From Chiloscyllium plagiosum (lineage: Eukaryota): a DNA stretch of 60,000 bases. This document shows positions 1 through 12,810 of this stretch, one piece after another. The stretch covers positions 2,459,285 to 2,519,284 of the forward strand of contig NC_057753.1 in assembly GCF_004010195.1 (NCBI RefSeq). Reading direction: 5' to 3'. The notes under the pieces were generated by a model that had not been told where the DNA came from, did no database searches, and worked only from the letters and a program-made list of their open reading frames with translations. A program made the position numbers and the translations under genes. How positions within the stretch are numbered: the first letter of the stretch is position 1; the number at the start of each line of letters is the position of its first letter.

Positions 1-368
1 TATTTCAGGCAAAAACAGGAAAAAAGAGGCATCTGTCACAGATACAGGGCAGAGAAGTTAATACTTACTTTTTCTGTGTGTTGACAGTTCGAAATTTATT
101 TTCAAGCAATCTCACGTGAGTGGTCCAAGGAACTAGGTACGCCGAGGAACTGAAAAGAAAAAAAACAATTAATAGTGAGAGATTTGTGTTGAAGAAATTA
201 ATGCAGAACTATTGTAGGATGCTTGAAACCAAACATTCGGTATTCTATTCTAAATATTCTGAAGGATTGAGCAGCCATGGAGGTAGATAATACGTTTGTG
301 ATGATCCTCCAGCGTTCTGTCGATTCCGAAGTGGATCTTAAAGATTTCTTTACACAGAGAGCAATAGG

Positions 369-735
369 GGCGTAGAACGCACCACCTTCAAAGGTAGTAG
401 ACTCGTCAACTTTAAGGGTATTTAAATGGTCATTGGATGAACTTACGCCTGAAAATGGAATAGTGGAGGATAGATGGGCGTCAGCTTGTTTCTGTAGGTT
501 GGCAGAACATAGAACATAGAACATAAAAAAAATATAGCGCAGTACAGGCCCTTTGGCCCTCGATGTTGCGCCGATCCAAGCCCACCTAACCTAAACTAGC
601 CCACTATCCTCCATATGTCTATCCAATGCCCGTTTAAATGCGCATAAAGAGGGAGGGTCCACCACTGCTACTGGCAGGGCATCGATGGCCGAAGGGTCTG
701 CACAGCATGGTAATTTTCTACGTTCTATGTTTTCT
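369..735. mobile_element. CR1 LINE 3' end (+) interrupted at ~506-682 by a minus-strand 3' end of a related CR1
   Basis: Plus-strand tail ...ggttggcagaacat / cgatggccgaagggtctg...ttctacgttctatg is split by a reversed tail (agaacatagaacata...caggccctttggccctcgatgttgcgccg); ORF 591..797 contains CR1 C-terminal-like 'VVDPPSLCAFKRALDRHM'. Confidence 0.7.
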
Positions 736-1299
736 GATTGCAAATGCCATCCTATTATATGGGAATCTGTCAATCCTAAACGAACAGTTGGGATCATATT
801 TTATTCTGATGATAATGGTCATGTTGTTGTCATCTGGTCTCTTGATCTCTACTTTGCAGAGGCTGAATATCTACGATCAGACCCTTCCTTCTATCCCCAA
901 GAAGCATGACTCTGAATCAAGCACTTGGTTCCAGAACTGTCATTAATCTAATTAGGTCAGAGTCGCTAGATAAGTCTGCACTTAATGACTACCAATTGTC
1001 ACTCTTGAAACGATTCAGTTTGAGGTTGTCATGCAATGCCATTATGCGATGAGTTCCAAGATATTCATTCAATGACACTCATGGCACAAAGACAAAATTT
1101 CACGCTAAGACAAAGAGTGCTTGGAACAAGAAATTGCATTTGATGGTACTCCCAATTACTTTTCATGCTTGTTCTTCTCGATGGTAGTAGTTGTGTATTT
1201 AAAAGATGCTGTTTAAAGAACATTGCTTAATTTCTGCAGGTCATCATATATTTGCTGCATATGTATTAAATATTACGGTGACGGAGCATCGGTAGTGAA

Positions 1300-2760
1300 G
1301 AGAAATGATATTGTGCATGTGCTGCCAATCAAATGGGCTGCTTTTTCTTGGGTGGAGTCAAGCTTCCTGAGTGTTGTCGAAGTTAGAGAGCTGAGAAATA
1401 TTTCATCACAATCCTGACTTTGCCTTGCAGATAGTGGACAGCATTTAGGGAGTCAGGATTTAATTTACAGCCCGTTTATGTTCAGTGCAGTTCATTTCCT
1501 AGACAATGATAATCCCCCAGGAAGTTAACAATGAATGATTCAGTGCCTATAATGCCAGTGAATGTAAAACAATGATGGTCAGATTCTCTTTTTTGTTGGA
1601 GATAGCCATTGCTTAGCTCTTGCATGGTACAAATATCGCTTACCTCAATTCAACCAAATCTGGATAATGCTCAATTTGACGTGTATTTGGACAGGAACCA
1701 CGAGGAATCGTCAATGGTGCTGAGTATTGTGGAATCACCTTTGAACATTCCCCATGCCTCTGGAACGTATGATGGAGGGAATGTCATTGACAAAGCATCT
1801 GAAGGTTTTTGGTTTGAAGACAATGCCCGAAGGAACTCTGGCAGAGATCTCCAAGAGCTGGCATTACTGGCCTCCATCAACCATAACTACATTCCTTTTG
1901 CTAGAAATGAGTTCAGCAAAAATACAGTTTTCACGGATTCCTAAAGCTTCTGGTTTTGCTCTGGTACCTTCAAATTACACTCGGTGAAATTGGCCTTGAT
2001 GACAATAGTGGCGTATTTCACCTGCGCTCTGAAATTCAACACGTTTGTCCATGTTAGTAACAAGGGTATAACGAGGTTAGGAGCTGAGCAGCCTTAGCGG
2101 AGACGAATGTGCATCATTAAGCATGGTAATGCTGAGCAAGTCTTGCTTGATAGCACTGTTGATGCAAACTTCCATCACTTTACGAACACTCAAGACAAAA
2201 CTGATGGGTGATAATTTATTGGATTGGATTTTCCAATTTATTGTGTGCATAATATACTGGGGCAATTTTGTACATTATCGAGCCAATGTCTGTGCTGGAA
2301 CTGCACTTAACAGTGTGTCTTGAAAATACGGTAAGGGATGTAGGGAGTTGCTTGAGCACAAACCATCACAAGTTAATGCAGGAATATTTTCAGAGCCCAT
2401 GGAATTTGTCATATCTGGAGACGAATCGTTTCTTTATGACACATAGAGTAAACCGAATTGAATGACGACTGGCATCTGTGATGCAAGGCAGCACTAGAGG
2501 AGGCTGCAATGGATCATGCACTTGGCACTTTTGTTGAGAAAGTTTTGCAAATCCTTCAAACTTACGTTTTGCTCCCGGGTGGAAAATTGAACGAGGATAG
2601 GTGTGAGACGTCTCCTTCACTACTGAGTTATTTAATTTTCCAGTACCATTTGTGACAATAACGAAGCACTCCAGAACTTCAATTTGATGCACTGATTATG
2701 GAATCGCTTGACTCTCTTTTATTTTTTTGCCGATTGCTGTTTGGCAGGCAAATAATCATG
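1300..2760 (-). mobile_element. Old, degenerate CR1-clade LINE, reverse transcriptase region
   Basis: Minus strand gives RT-like 'PISFVLSVRKVMEVCINSAIKQDLLS..MLNDA' (ORF 2077..2265) and remnants of the LDIKAAFDRV and KKLDTIQDKAA blocks; homologous copy at 41560-43010. Confidence 0.75.
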
Positions 2761-2770
2761 TTCGCACATT

Positions 2771-3090
2771 TATTTTCCCTGCAGTGACGGAGTCCAGAAT
2801 TAGAGGGTATAGGTTTAGGCATGGAGAGGGAAGATATAAGAGAGACCTAAGGGGCAACCTTTTCATACAGAGGATTTTACGTGTTTGGAATGAGCTGAAG
2901 AGGAAGTGGTGGGGCTAGCACAATTGCAACATTTAAAAGGCATTTGGATGGGCATATGAGTAGGAAAGGTTTGGAGGGATATGGCCAGGCAGTCTGGTCG
3001 GATTAGTTTGAGTTGGGATATCTGGTCGGCGTGGACAAGTTGGACTGAGGGTCTGTCTCTGTGTTGTACATCTCTATGACGCCATGTCTC
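2771..3090 (+). mobile_element. CR1 LINE 3' fragment
   Basis: 'ESRIRGYRFRHGEGRYKRDLRGNLFIQRILRVWNEL' followed by the 3' UTR ending tgtacatctctatgac. Confidence 0.85.
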
Positions 3091-3719
3091 TACTGCTGTT
3101 GAGTGTTCGCAGCACCTCTATCTTGAGTTTCTAAATCTAATCAAAATCTCTTACATTTAGCACGATAGTAGTGCCTGATAGAATGATAAACAGTATTCTC
3201 AGGGCGATGGAAACTTGAGCTACGGATCAGATGATACAGCATTTTTTTTAAAAATGGACTTTGTCTTCACAAGGATTGTATGGTAACCAATCCTACTGAT
3301 ACTGCTATGAAACAGAATCATCCGTCCTGAGGCTGAGGTGGTGTATTTATTTCTCTCTTGATGGTTTCCTCATCGTTGGTCTGGTCGGGCAGCAATATCC
3401 ATTAGGCCTCAGCTGACCTGGGCAATAGTGCTGCTGGCGAGACATTGTTGTTGGTTGTGATTAAAATCCCTCAACCAGATAACATTTCGTGCCCTTTCTG
3501 CCCTCACAGCTTCCTCCAGTATTGTTTGAGATGTATGAGGATTGATTCATATGTTTGACAAATTGGGGCACAAATGCATGGAACTCTCCTGTCCACCGTA
3601 GATGTATTGGGATGAGGCTTTTCAAGTAGAAACTGATTTTAGGGTGAGAGATATGATCTGCATGGATTGATACTTCAATCAGATGGACCATATCCTGTTT
3701 TCTGTGCATTCTCCTGAGA

Positions 3720-5955
3720 ATCTGTGGTCACGACCGATGGCATATTTCCTGATGGGTGCCCAGGTCAAATATGTCTCAGTTCGAGTCTGCAGGATTCTTA
3801 AGGAGGGGAGCTTGGGGAGAGCAGCCAGAAGTTGTGGTACACATTGGTATCAATGACATTGGCAGGGAAAAGAAGGAAAAACTGAAGAGCGAATGTAGGG
3901 AGTTCGGCTAGAAGTTAGAAAGTAGGGTGAGCAGAGCAGTGATTTCAGGATTGCTGCTGTTGTCACGGGGAAGTGAGACTCAGAATAGATACCGAGCGCA
4001 TTTGAACACTTGGCTGCAGGGCTGATATAGGAGACAAGGCTTCAGAAAAAGTTGAGTATTGGGATATCTTCTGGGGAAGGGAGACCTTTAAATGAAGGAT
4101 AGCTGTACATGAATGAGAGAGCCACCAAAATCCTGGGCAGAAGGTTTGCTAGATCCCTTTAGTGGGGGGAGCTGAGCGAGCGATCAGATGATGGAATCGG
4201 TAGAGAATAGCCAAAGACCGCGTGCAAAGAGTCTGTGAGGAGGAATAGGTGCTTGGTAGGACAAAGGTGCTGTCAGTGTGGCGGGGTGAAGTGTATTCAT
4301 TGTAATGCAGGAAGTATCAGGAATAAAAGTGACGAACTTAGAGCATGTATCAATATTTGGAACAATGATGTTCTGGCAACTATGGAGATTTGGATATTAC
4401 CGAGGCAGGAATGGTTGTTGGATGTTCCAGGATTTGCATGTTTCAAATGGAATGAGGAGGAGCTATAAGAGTTTGGCAAGTGGCATTGCTAATCAGGGAT
4501 AGTATCACAGCTGTGGAAAGGGAAGTCGTCAAGGATAGTTTGTCCACAGAGTCAGTCTTAGTGGAAGTCATAAATAGGAAATAAACAGTCAGTTTATTCG
4601 AAGTTTTCTCCAGAACCCCCATAAGCAACAGTGTCACGGAAGAGTACATTGTGAGGCAGAGTTTTGAAAGGTGCAGACGCAATAAGATTGTTGTCATGGT
4701 GACTTTCACTTCCCTAATATCGATTGGATCCTTCTTAATAACCATATTTTGGATAGAGAATTTTTTATCTGGCATGTACAGGAAAGGTTGCTGATTAAAT
4801 ATCTAGAACGGCCGACTAGAGGGGAGGCCGTATTGAACTTGGGGCTTGGCAGCAACCAAGTGACAGATCTTATGTTGGGAGAGCATTTTGGTAAAAGTGA
4901 TCAGAAGTCCCTGATTTTTACTATATTCATGTAGAGTGATCGGAGCAGACGGTCGGGGGAAGTATTTAGTTGGGAGGAGCGGGAATTGTAATGCTTTAGG
5001 AACTGTGATGCCTTAATTGGTAACAGTTGTTCTCAGGGAAATGCATGACAGAAATGTTGAGTTTGTTTCGGCAACACTTGCTGGTAATGCTGGACAGGTT
5101 TGTTCTGTTGAGGCATGGAAGGGATGGTGACAAGGGATGTGGTACATTTAGTCAAGATGAAGACTGAAGCTTACTTAAGGTTGAGAAGGCAAAGGTCAGA
5201 CACGACTTTAGAGAGTGACAAGGTAGCCAGGAAGGAACTACAGAATGGGCTTAGGAGAGCTAGAAGGTGGCATGAAAAAGCTTTAGCGGGTAGGGATAAG
5301 GAAAACACTGCACTTCTACACTTACGTGAGCGACAGGATGGGAGGACAGATCAGGGAGAGTAAAGGGAAGTTGTGCCGAGAGTCGGAAGAGGTAGGGGAG
5401 ATCCTTAATGACTACTTTGCTTCAGTATTCATGAGTGAGTGAGAGAGAACTTGACTTTTCTAAGGACAGCTTGAAACAGACTGACATGTTCGAACAACTT
5501 GATGTTAAGAAGTAGGATGTACTGTAAAATTTCAAAAACGTAAGGTTGGATTTAGTAGTGGTTAATGAACCCAGCCAGGTGTTAGATTTGGAGTTAAGTG
5601 AGCATTTTGGTGATAGTGACCACAATTATGTTTCCTTTCGCGATGGAATATATACACAACAAGGTAAGGGTTATAGCTGGGGGTAAGGCAGTTATGATGC
5701 GATTAGGCAAGATTTTGGATGCATAGGATGGGGAAGACACCTGCAGGGGATGGCCACAATTGAAAAGTGGAGCTTATTCAAGGAACAACTAATGTTTGTC
5801 CTTGATTGGTATGCACCTGTGAGGCAGGGAGTAAGTGGCTGAGCGAGGGAGCCATGGTTTACTGAACAAGTTGAATATATTGTCAAGAAGAAGAAGACAG
5901 ATGTTAGGATGAGGCGTGAAGGCTGTTATGGCGATTGAGAGTTACAACTTAGCCA
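3720..5955 (+). mobile_element. CR1 LINE 5' part (ORF1 SGNH-esterase remnant, ORF2 APE endonuclease) plus a second endonuclease-region fragment from ~5545
   Basis: 'QPEVVVHIGINDIGRE' near 3822-3870; 'KCIHCNAGSIRNKSDELRACINIWNNDVLA' (ORF 4235); 'RPTRGEAVLNLGLG...GEHFGKSD' (ORF 4749); the EHFGDSDH block recurs at ~5600. Many stops and frameshifts. Confidence 0.85.
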
Positions 5956-6210
5956 GGTTCATATTACAAATGCACAAAGTTTTTGTTTGTCTGTATATAG
6001 AATGCAATAAATACAAGATACTGTAATCCACGCTGTCATTTTCTCAGGTCAGTTTTGCATTTTTAACTTTGTCCAATAAATGGCCACGACACAATTGCAT
6101 ATGAAAGCGATTCTTAACCGAGCGTAGCTATGAAGGATGGCATAAATTACGGCACAACAAATGTTCTGTCTTACAAGAATCTGATTGGAAACTAAATCAC
6201 AGCAATGCAG
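5956..6210 (-). pseudogene. Antisense remnant of GPR139-like exon 2 (TM3-ECL2), unit 1
   Basis: ORF 6049..6312 ends 'ICCAVIYAILHSYARLRIAFICNCVVAIYWTKLK', aligning with 'ICSLHSALTYAS..VWLTVTFTFDRFVAISCQKL' of the intact gene. Confidence 0.65.
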
Positions 6211-7294
6211 CAATTGCACTTCCTGAACCATCTGAGCTGGAGAATTCCACACATTCACAAGTATTTCTTTAAAACAAATCTCAACTGAAATCTGAAAGAG
6301 CTGAAGAAACACAGCCGGAAACTTTTACTGCATGTATAGTATGAGACGAAAACTTTTTTGTGTCGACTCTGATTTTGTTTTTCTGAGTTTGGGAAACAGT
6401 TGCCGTGCCAGACAGCCTTTTGCTAGCCACGAGCTGAAATACAGGGAAGTTGTGTAATACGAGTGCAATCCTTGTCCAGGATATCGTTAACTGTGAGGGA
6501 GTGTCGTTTCCACGATATCATATGAATATGGTTGTGCTGAAATCTAGTTATCCGGCATGCCAGATGGCTGGAATGAATCTGGTGACATTAGTAATTGAGG
6601 CAGGTCAATCTAAAGATCTGAATCCAGTGTAAAATTTAGCTGAACAACAGTTAAAAAAAATCACTCACCTAACACGCTAAACATAAAACAGTCAGCAACT
6701 GACGTGAGGGAGCAGTACTGGATGTGATCATGCTGAATGCAACTATCGACATAATACATAACAAAACCACGTGTGCGAGAATGCAAAACCATGCACATTT
6801 TTATACAGGGTAGAAGTCTCCTTAACTAGGTTTGGCTACAATATCTAAACTGACTCATACAGTAAAAATGATTTTCCACATCACAGAGAGTTAGAATCGC
6901 AGCTGACTCGTCATTGCACCTGAAACACATGTATAAGGAGTGAGGTTGCACTGATTGAAGTTCTTCTGAAAAAATTACATTTTTGAGCATATTGTGTCAT
7001 GAAAAACGATGTTTTGTCTGTGCTCTCACGGACTGCTCCTTTCATTTATGTGAAGGCACACAAATTGGTTGTTATGTAATCTCTTGGTTTTCCACGTTAT
7101 TATCATATGAACGCTCATGAAAGCAAAATTTCTTTTCCATCGAACAAAATCTAGCAAGCGCAGATGCACATGCACCAATCTTATTGTTCAATTAACTTTT
7201 TTTAGAACTCGAATTAGCTCCCTGCTACGTGGCATTCAGTATAATTGCCCAAATCTTCAGTCAATTACAGAATGTGCCCAGAGCTTTCGCTGAA

Positions 7295-9340
7295 ATCCAC
7301 TGAATACCAAAGGGTCTACTGTTTTCCATCTGGTTAAAAAACACACAACACCATTTTGTAGTCCAGCAGTTTTAATTAGAAACACTAGCTTCAGAGGGCT
7401 GCTCCGTCATGAGGTGGTTGTGGAGTACACGATTGTAAGACACAGAATTTATAGCAAAGGTTTACAGTGTGATGCAGCTGAAATTATACATTGAAAATTA
7501 CCTTAATTGTTTGTTAAGTCTCTCATCTATTAGAATTAACATGTTAGTTTCACTTCTTCTATATGTAAATCGCAAAACATTTAAATAAAAAATTACATTC
7601 TCAAGTGAACTTTAACAATTTGCATCAGTCCAGGTAATGTAATGGATGTTAGTGCCTCTGTGTGCTGCTATCTGTGACATAATGTTCAGACTGATTCTAA
7701 TTTTTAAAAAAAATGAATTAACAGAATCTTACATGGATTCATGGAGTTTTTGAGCAAAGTACAATGTAACTTTCCAAATGCAAATTCAACCCAAAATGTT
7801 ATATGTGTATGTATGCGTGTAGGTATGCATGTGTGCATGTGTGTTGGGGGTGGGGGAGGGGGGGGAGTGGAGAGTGTTGTGCGTTGGTGGTGGGGTTGCA
7901 AGTGTCTGTGAGACAGAGTGCATGTGTGTGTCAGTGCAAAGGGATCTAAGTCTGTGAGAGGATGCATATGTGAGTGTGTGTGTGTCTGTAAGAGTGTGTG
8001 GGGGTCTGAGGGAGTGTATGGAGTGTCTGCATGTATGTGTGTGTGTAGGAGTGTCTGTATGTGTGTGCATAGTACAATAGGGTCACCTGTAGTGTGACAT
8101 GAACGCAGGACCCGGTTGAGGTGATCCGTATGGGTACCAAGCTTAGCTATCAGTCTCTGCTCAACCACGTTTCGCTGCTGCTTGTCCCGAAGTTCGCCTC
8201 GGAGGATGGCAACCCGAAGTCCGAGGTCGAATGTCCCAGATTGCTGAAGTGTTCCCCAACTGGGAGGGAACACTCTGTATGTTGATTGTCTGCCCATTCA
8301 TTCATTGCCTTAGCCTCTGCTCAGTTTCACTAATGTACCATGCAATGGACATTCGACCACTGAATTTCGAGTGACAATCCTCCAAGGCAGACATCGGGAC
8401 AGGCAGCAGCGAACAGTGGTCGAACAGAGGCTAGTAGCTAAGTTCGGTACCCATAGGGATGGCCTCAACTGGGAACTTGGTTTCATGTCACACTACAGGG
8501 TGACCCAATTGCACTATATACACACATGTAGACACTCCTAGACACACACACACGGGCATCGTATATACATACACACACACATACGCACCCATACAAAGAC
8601 ACAAAACACACTTTTACACACATAACCACTCCCACAGACACACACACTCCTACAGACACATGCACTCATACATGTCTCACAGACTTAGACCCCTTTACAC
8701 TCACACACATATACAGTCTGTCTCACCGACACTCGTAACCCCACATCCCATCCCCCCCACCCCACCCCCACACACACCTGTATACGTAAGTGGAGTGAAT
8801 TCCTACTTGCAAAGTTACATTGTAATTTGCGCAAAAACTGCGTGAATCCATGTAAGATTCTGTAAAATTCATTTTTAGATTGAAATCAATCTAAACATTA
8901 TGGCACAGACAGCAGCACACAGAGATCCTAATATCCAATAAATTATTTGGACTGACATCAAATCGTAAAGTTCACTTGAGAATGTAATTTTTTTAAAAAA
9001 CCGTTTTTTGATTTACATACGAAACAAGTGAAATTAATATGGTGATTCTCATAGATGAGAGACTTAACAAACAATCAAGATATTTTTAAATGCATAATTT
9101 CAGCTACATCACACTGCAAACTTTTGCTATAAATTCTGTGTCTCACAGACGTGTACTCCACAACCACCATATGAAGGAAAAGCGCTCCGACCGCTGGTGC
9201 TTCCAATTAAAATGTTGGAGGATAACTTGGTGTTGTGTGACTTTTTTTTAAAAAAGCTTTGTACACCGCAGTCCAACACCAGCATCTCCAATTCACGTTT
9301 TTCATTTAATGTCCTTTCCTTGCAATTATTTGGATTCCAG
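7295..9340 (+). pseudogene. GPR139-like pseudogene A, exon 1, split by a Penelope-like insertion (halves ~7295-7329 and ~9297-9340)
   Basis: gaaATCcacTGAataccaaagggtctactgttttccat matches intact gaaATGcacggaataccaaaggctctgctgttttccat; the second half ...cttgcaattatttggattccag|cttaagt matches cttgcaattatcgggattcctg|gttaagt. Start codon and GT donor are lost. Confidence 0.8.
7330..9296. mobile_element. Penelope-like element (GIY-YIG 3' end + 3' UTR) as a ~0.9 kb-arm inverted repeat
   Basis: ~7335-8236 is the reverse complement of ~8346-9247; minus strand reads 'WYISETEQRLRQ*MNG' and 'LRVAILRGELRDKQQRNVVEQRLIAKLGT'; each arm has a TG/CA-rich tract; imperfect TSD gttttccat (7321) / gtttttcat (9297). 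Confidence 0.85.
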
Positions 9341-10212
9341 CTTAAGTATTCGACTTACACTTCACTGCATCATTTGTACCATTTTGCGAACAGTGCATCT
9401 CCTTTTCCCTCGCATGACATGCATTAGCTCTCTTCACATTAGATCGTCTTTGGTCTAATTCGTCTGAGCTACCCTCTTATACAGTATCATTTCCAACCTT
9501 AGCAGAATTAATTAATCAAATAAATGAAACATCTACGGAATAGTGACATAGTTTCACAGTATGAGTGCCATATTTTTTTCCGTGAATAGTTTTTGCCAAA
9601 CTACTTTATCAATGTACATTTCTTGTGGTGCAATTATGATTTCACCCCATTTCCGTTATACTCTCCTGCGACAGTACTATGCCATTCTGTTATTTCTGTT
9701 TCCTTCATCAACTACTGACGACTTACCATGCATATATGTTTCGATTTTTATTCTCATTTTTTTGTATGAAGTGCGAAGACATTCCTGTTGTATTATTGCC
9801 AATATTATTCCTTGTCAGGTAATGCAAAGGTATTATAGTGAGAAGTACGGTTACTGAGACATTGACACTTGCTGTTGTTGAATCTTTGTCCGTTATCACA
9901 GTGCAAATGGAGTCCCATTACATTGTTGATGGTGTTACAGTATGTGATTTATCTTACTCTTATTATTGTAAACATACCACTTTCTTGCATGGCTGACAAA
10001 TTTAAGTGGGCGATAAGCATGCGATGTGTTGTTGTCAGCGTATTGTGTGTAAACTTCCACACTATTATCAGTGTCGATGAGGAATTGTTGTGACATTCAC
10101 TTTTTGATTTCATGATTTTGTTTAGAAGTATCAATTGATAGCGAGGTTGAAGTACTGAAGAAATCCTTGCGGTTTTCATGTGTCAGTTTCCTGAACATGC
10201 ACTAATTGACAT

Positions 10213-10922
10213 CTCCTCCACTTCCCACACCTCCGCCCTTGAATCCCGCCCCTCCAATCGCCACCAGGACAGAACCCCACTGGTCCTCACCTTCCACCCC
10301 ACCAACCTCCGGATACATCGTATCATCCTCCGTCATTTCTGCCACCTCCAGACAGACCCCACCACCAGGGATATATTTCCCTCTCCACCCCTATCTGCAT
10401 TCAGGAGAGACCACTCCCTCCGCGACTCCCTCGTCAGGTCCGCACCCCCCACCAACCCAACCTCCACTCTCTGCACCTTCCCCTGCAACCGCAAGAAGTG
10501 CAAAACTTGTGCCTACACCTCCCCCCTCCCCTCCCTCCAAGGCCCCAATGGATCCTTCCATATCCATCGCAAATTCACCTGCACCTCCACACACATCATT
10601 TACTGTATCCGCTGCACCCGATGTGGTCTCCTCTACATTGGGGACCCCACCTTATCTCAGTCCCAACCCTCGGATTCAGAACAGCCCTCTTGTCCTGCAA
10701 CTTCTTCCCGACCACTCCGCCCCCAGCCCCTCGCCAGCCTATCACCCTCACCCTCACGTCCTTCCACCTATAGTATTCCCAGCGCCCCTCCCCCAAATTC
10801 CCTTCCTCCCACCTTTAATCTCAGTCCGCTTGGCACACCAGCCTCATTCCTGAAGGAGGGCTTGTGCCCGAATCGTCGATTCTCCTGCTCCTCGGATGCT
10901 GCCTGGCCTGCTGTCGTTTCAA
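10213..10922 (+). mobile_element. Truncated Penelope-like element (linker + N-terminal GIY-YIG), in the intron of pseudogene A
   Basis: ORF 10178..11008 has 'PLVLTFHP...SAFRRDHSLRDSLVRS...PCNRKKCKTC...FTCTSTHIIYCIRCTRCGLLYIG' then jumps to the 3' UTR; TSD cactaattgacat (10200) / cactatttgacat (10923). Confidence 0.9.
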
Positions 10923-11783
10923 CACTATTTGACATGAGTATAGTTTCAGTCATAAATGCTCGGAAGCTCTTACCACGTCACTACGAAATCGAAACTATCA
11001 ACAGATGACAGACCACGCTACTTTTATTCTCAGTCCCTGAAACTCAACACTTGAATTCAATTATCTCCTTTCTTATCATCCGCTGCTAATGGTGCTAAAC
11101 AATTTTTGCGAATCAGATTTTCTCCTCCTTCACAATCTGACTTCTTTCTACCTTCAGAAAGAAGTTTTTCGAAGTTGACCCAGAAACTATATCTGATAGT
11201 CTCTCTTAAATGTTCGGTGTAATACTTCAATTTCAATTATCAACTACTGGATCAAGTTAATGAACTGTTACATAGATTGCAGACGAGCACTGATGAAATG
11301 ATTTCATGCCTGGATTCAATAGGAGGTTATTTCTCTGAACCAGAACTCCTCATCTGCTAGTTCCAATGGTTAAAGGATAGATGCATTTTACTGTACGCAT
11401 CAGAGCTCTGAATTATCAATACCTCCTACAAGCATTCAATGTATTTTATCCCTGCATTGTGCACTGCGATTTTGGTTGTGTTTTCACTTTCCTCTGTTTA
11501 AGAATAATTGTAATGGAGTTGTATTACACGGTCTCAACAGTGATTAATTCTTAATCACATTGATTCAGAGGAAAATTATATTTGATAATTTTTAGGATGC
11601 AAATTCTTTCCTCGATATTACTTTGTCGATTAGACTTTACTTACTTATTCAATCCTACTGCATTGCCATATCATGTTTGCAAATTCATGGAGATTTTGTT
11701 TAGATCGCATTCGAATCTGTCTCTCTCCATTTCTCTCCAGCTATGGCATATGATTTCACTCTTTATCGCCCTCAAATTTGCAG

Positions 11784-12417
11784 CTAATGTGGTTGTGATT
11801 GAGATCCTGTCTCGAAGAACATGCGGTCTCTCTGACTGTATCACTTATTACTTGGTGGCAGGGCAGCAGCAGACCTCCTGGTCCTAGTTACTGCCGTCTT
11901 ATTAAATTGGATTGCTGGGATTTATTTTCCTTTCCATCACTCCACTGTGCAGTTTACATTTTGCCTTGGGTTATGCATCTATGGACATTTTTGACTGGTT
12001 GACAATTACTTTTACCTTTTACCTTTGCTCAATGCTCTGATGGTCAGGCATGTACTAGCAGCTAATAAAGCCCGCAGGAGACTTTCAACTCAGAACTATG
12101 GAGAGAACCAGAGTGATCCAGAGGTAGAGTAGCACAGAAAGTCTATTGTTTTACTTTTTGCCATTTAATGCAGTTTCATCGTACTCGATTTACTATTCAT
12201 GTTAATGGTTGTCTCTGTCCGAATTGACAATGTTACATATTTCTCAGATTCTGATTCTCGTGAAACTATTTTTGCACTTGAGGAATATGTACTTATGCTT
12301 AATATTCTGGGTTCCTGCGTCAATGTATTCATTCAGGCCAAATTCAGAGCAGAATTAGTAAATGGGGTGAAATATCCATTGAGATTATAATGTAAGTCAC
12401 TCAAAATGTGACAATAG
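11784..12417 (+). pseudogene. GPR139-like pseudogene A, exon 2
   Basis: Acceptor ttgcag|ctaatgtggttgtg (ANVVVIEILSRRTCGLSDCITYYLV); frameshift near 11860, deletion from TM3 to the end of TM5 near 12025, in-frame stops; ends 'SCVNVFIQAKFRAELVNGVKYPLRL'. Confidence 0.9.
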
Positions 12418-12810
12418 TACACATAGTTGCATAACATTGATACAGACTCTTCGATACAAGTCATCCATTCCCACCAAGTTTCCCAAATTAAGCCAGTCCC
12501 ATTTGCGTTCATTTGTTCCACATCCATCTGAATATTTTCGATAAATGCACCTGTCCATTTGTCTTTTAAATGTTTTAAAAGTGGCTGCGTCACAGAAGCC
12601 CATTCCACGTACGAAAATACCCTCTGTGTGAAAACAAAACTGCACCTCAGGTCCCTTTTAAGCTTTTACCTTCTCACTTTAAGAATATGCCCTTCAGGTT
12701 TGCGCTCTCCTACCAAAGGGAAAAGATCTTCACTATACAAATTATCAGTGCCCTTTATGAATTGATAAACGTCTACAAATGATTTCTCAACTTACAGAGC
12801 TCCAGTGAAA
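12418..12810 (-). mobile_element. CR1 LINE 3' fragment just downstream of pseudogene A
   Basis: Reversed CR1 tail (caagtttcccaaattaagccagtcccatttg); 'TFKTFKRQMDRCI' on the minus strand; same insertion at 51030-51435. Confidence 0.75.

Noticed and set aside
7704..8297. 197-aa His/Thr/Pro-rich ORF as a host gene
   Set aside because: It is a Penelope GIY-YIG tail read through into the CA-rich 3' UTR; low complexity explains the open frame.
10206..10853. 215-aa proline-rich ORF and overlapping Gly-rich antisense ORFs
   Set aside because: Alternative frames of the C-rich Penelope-like element.
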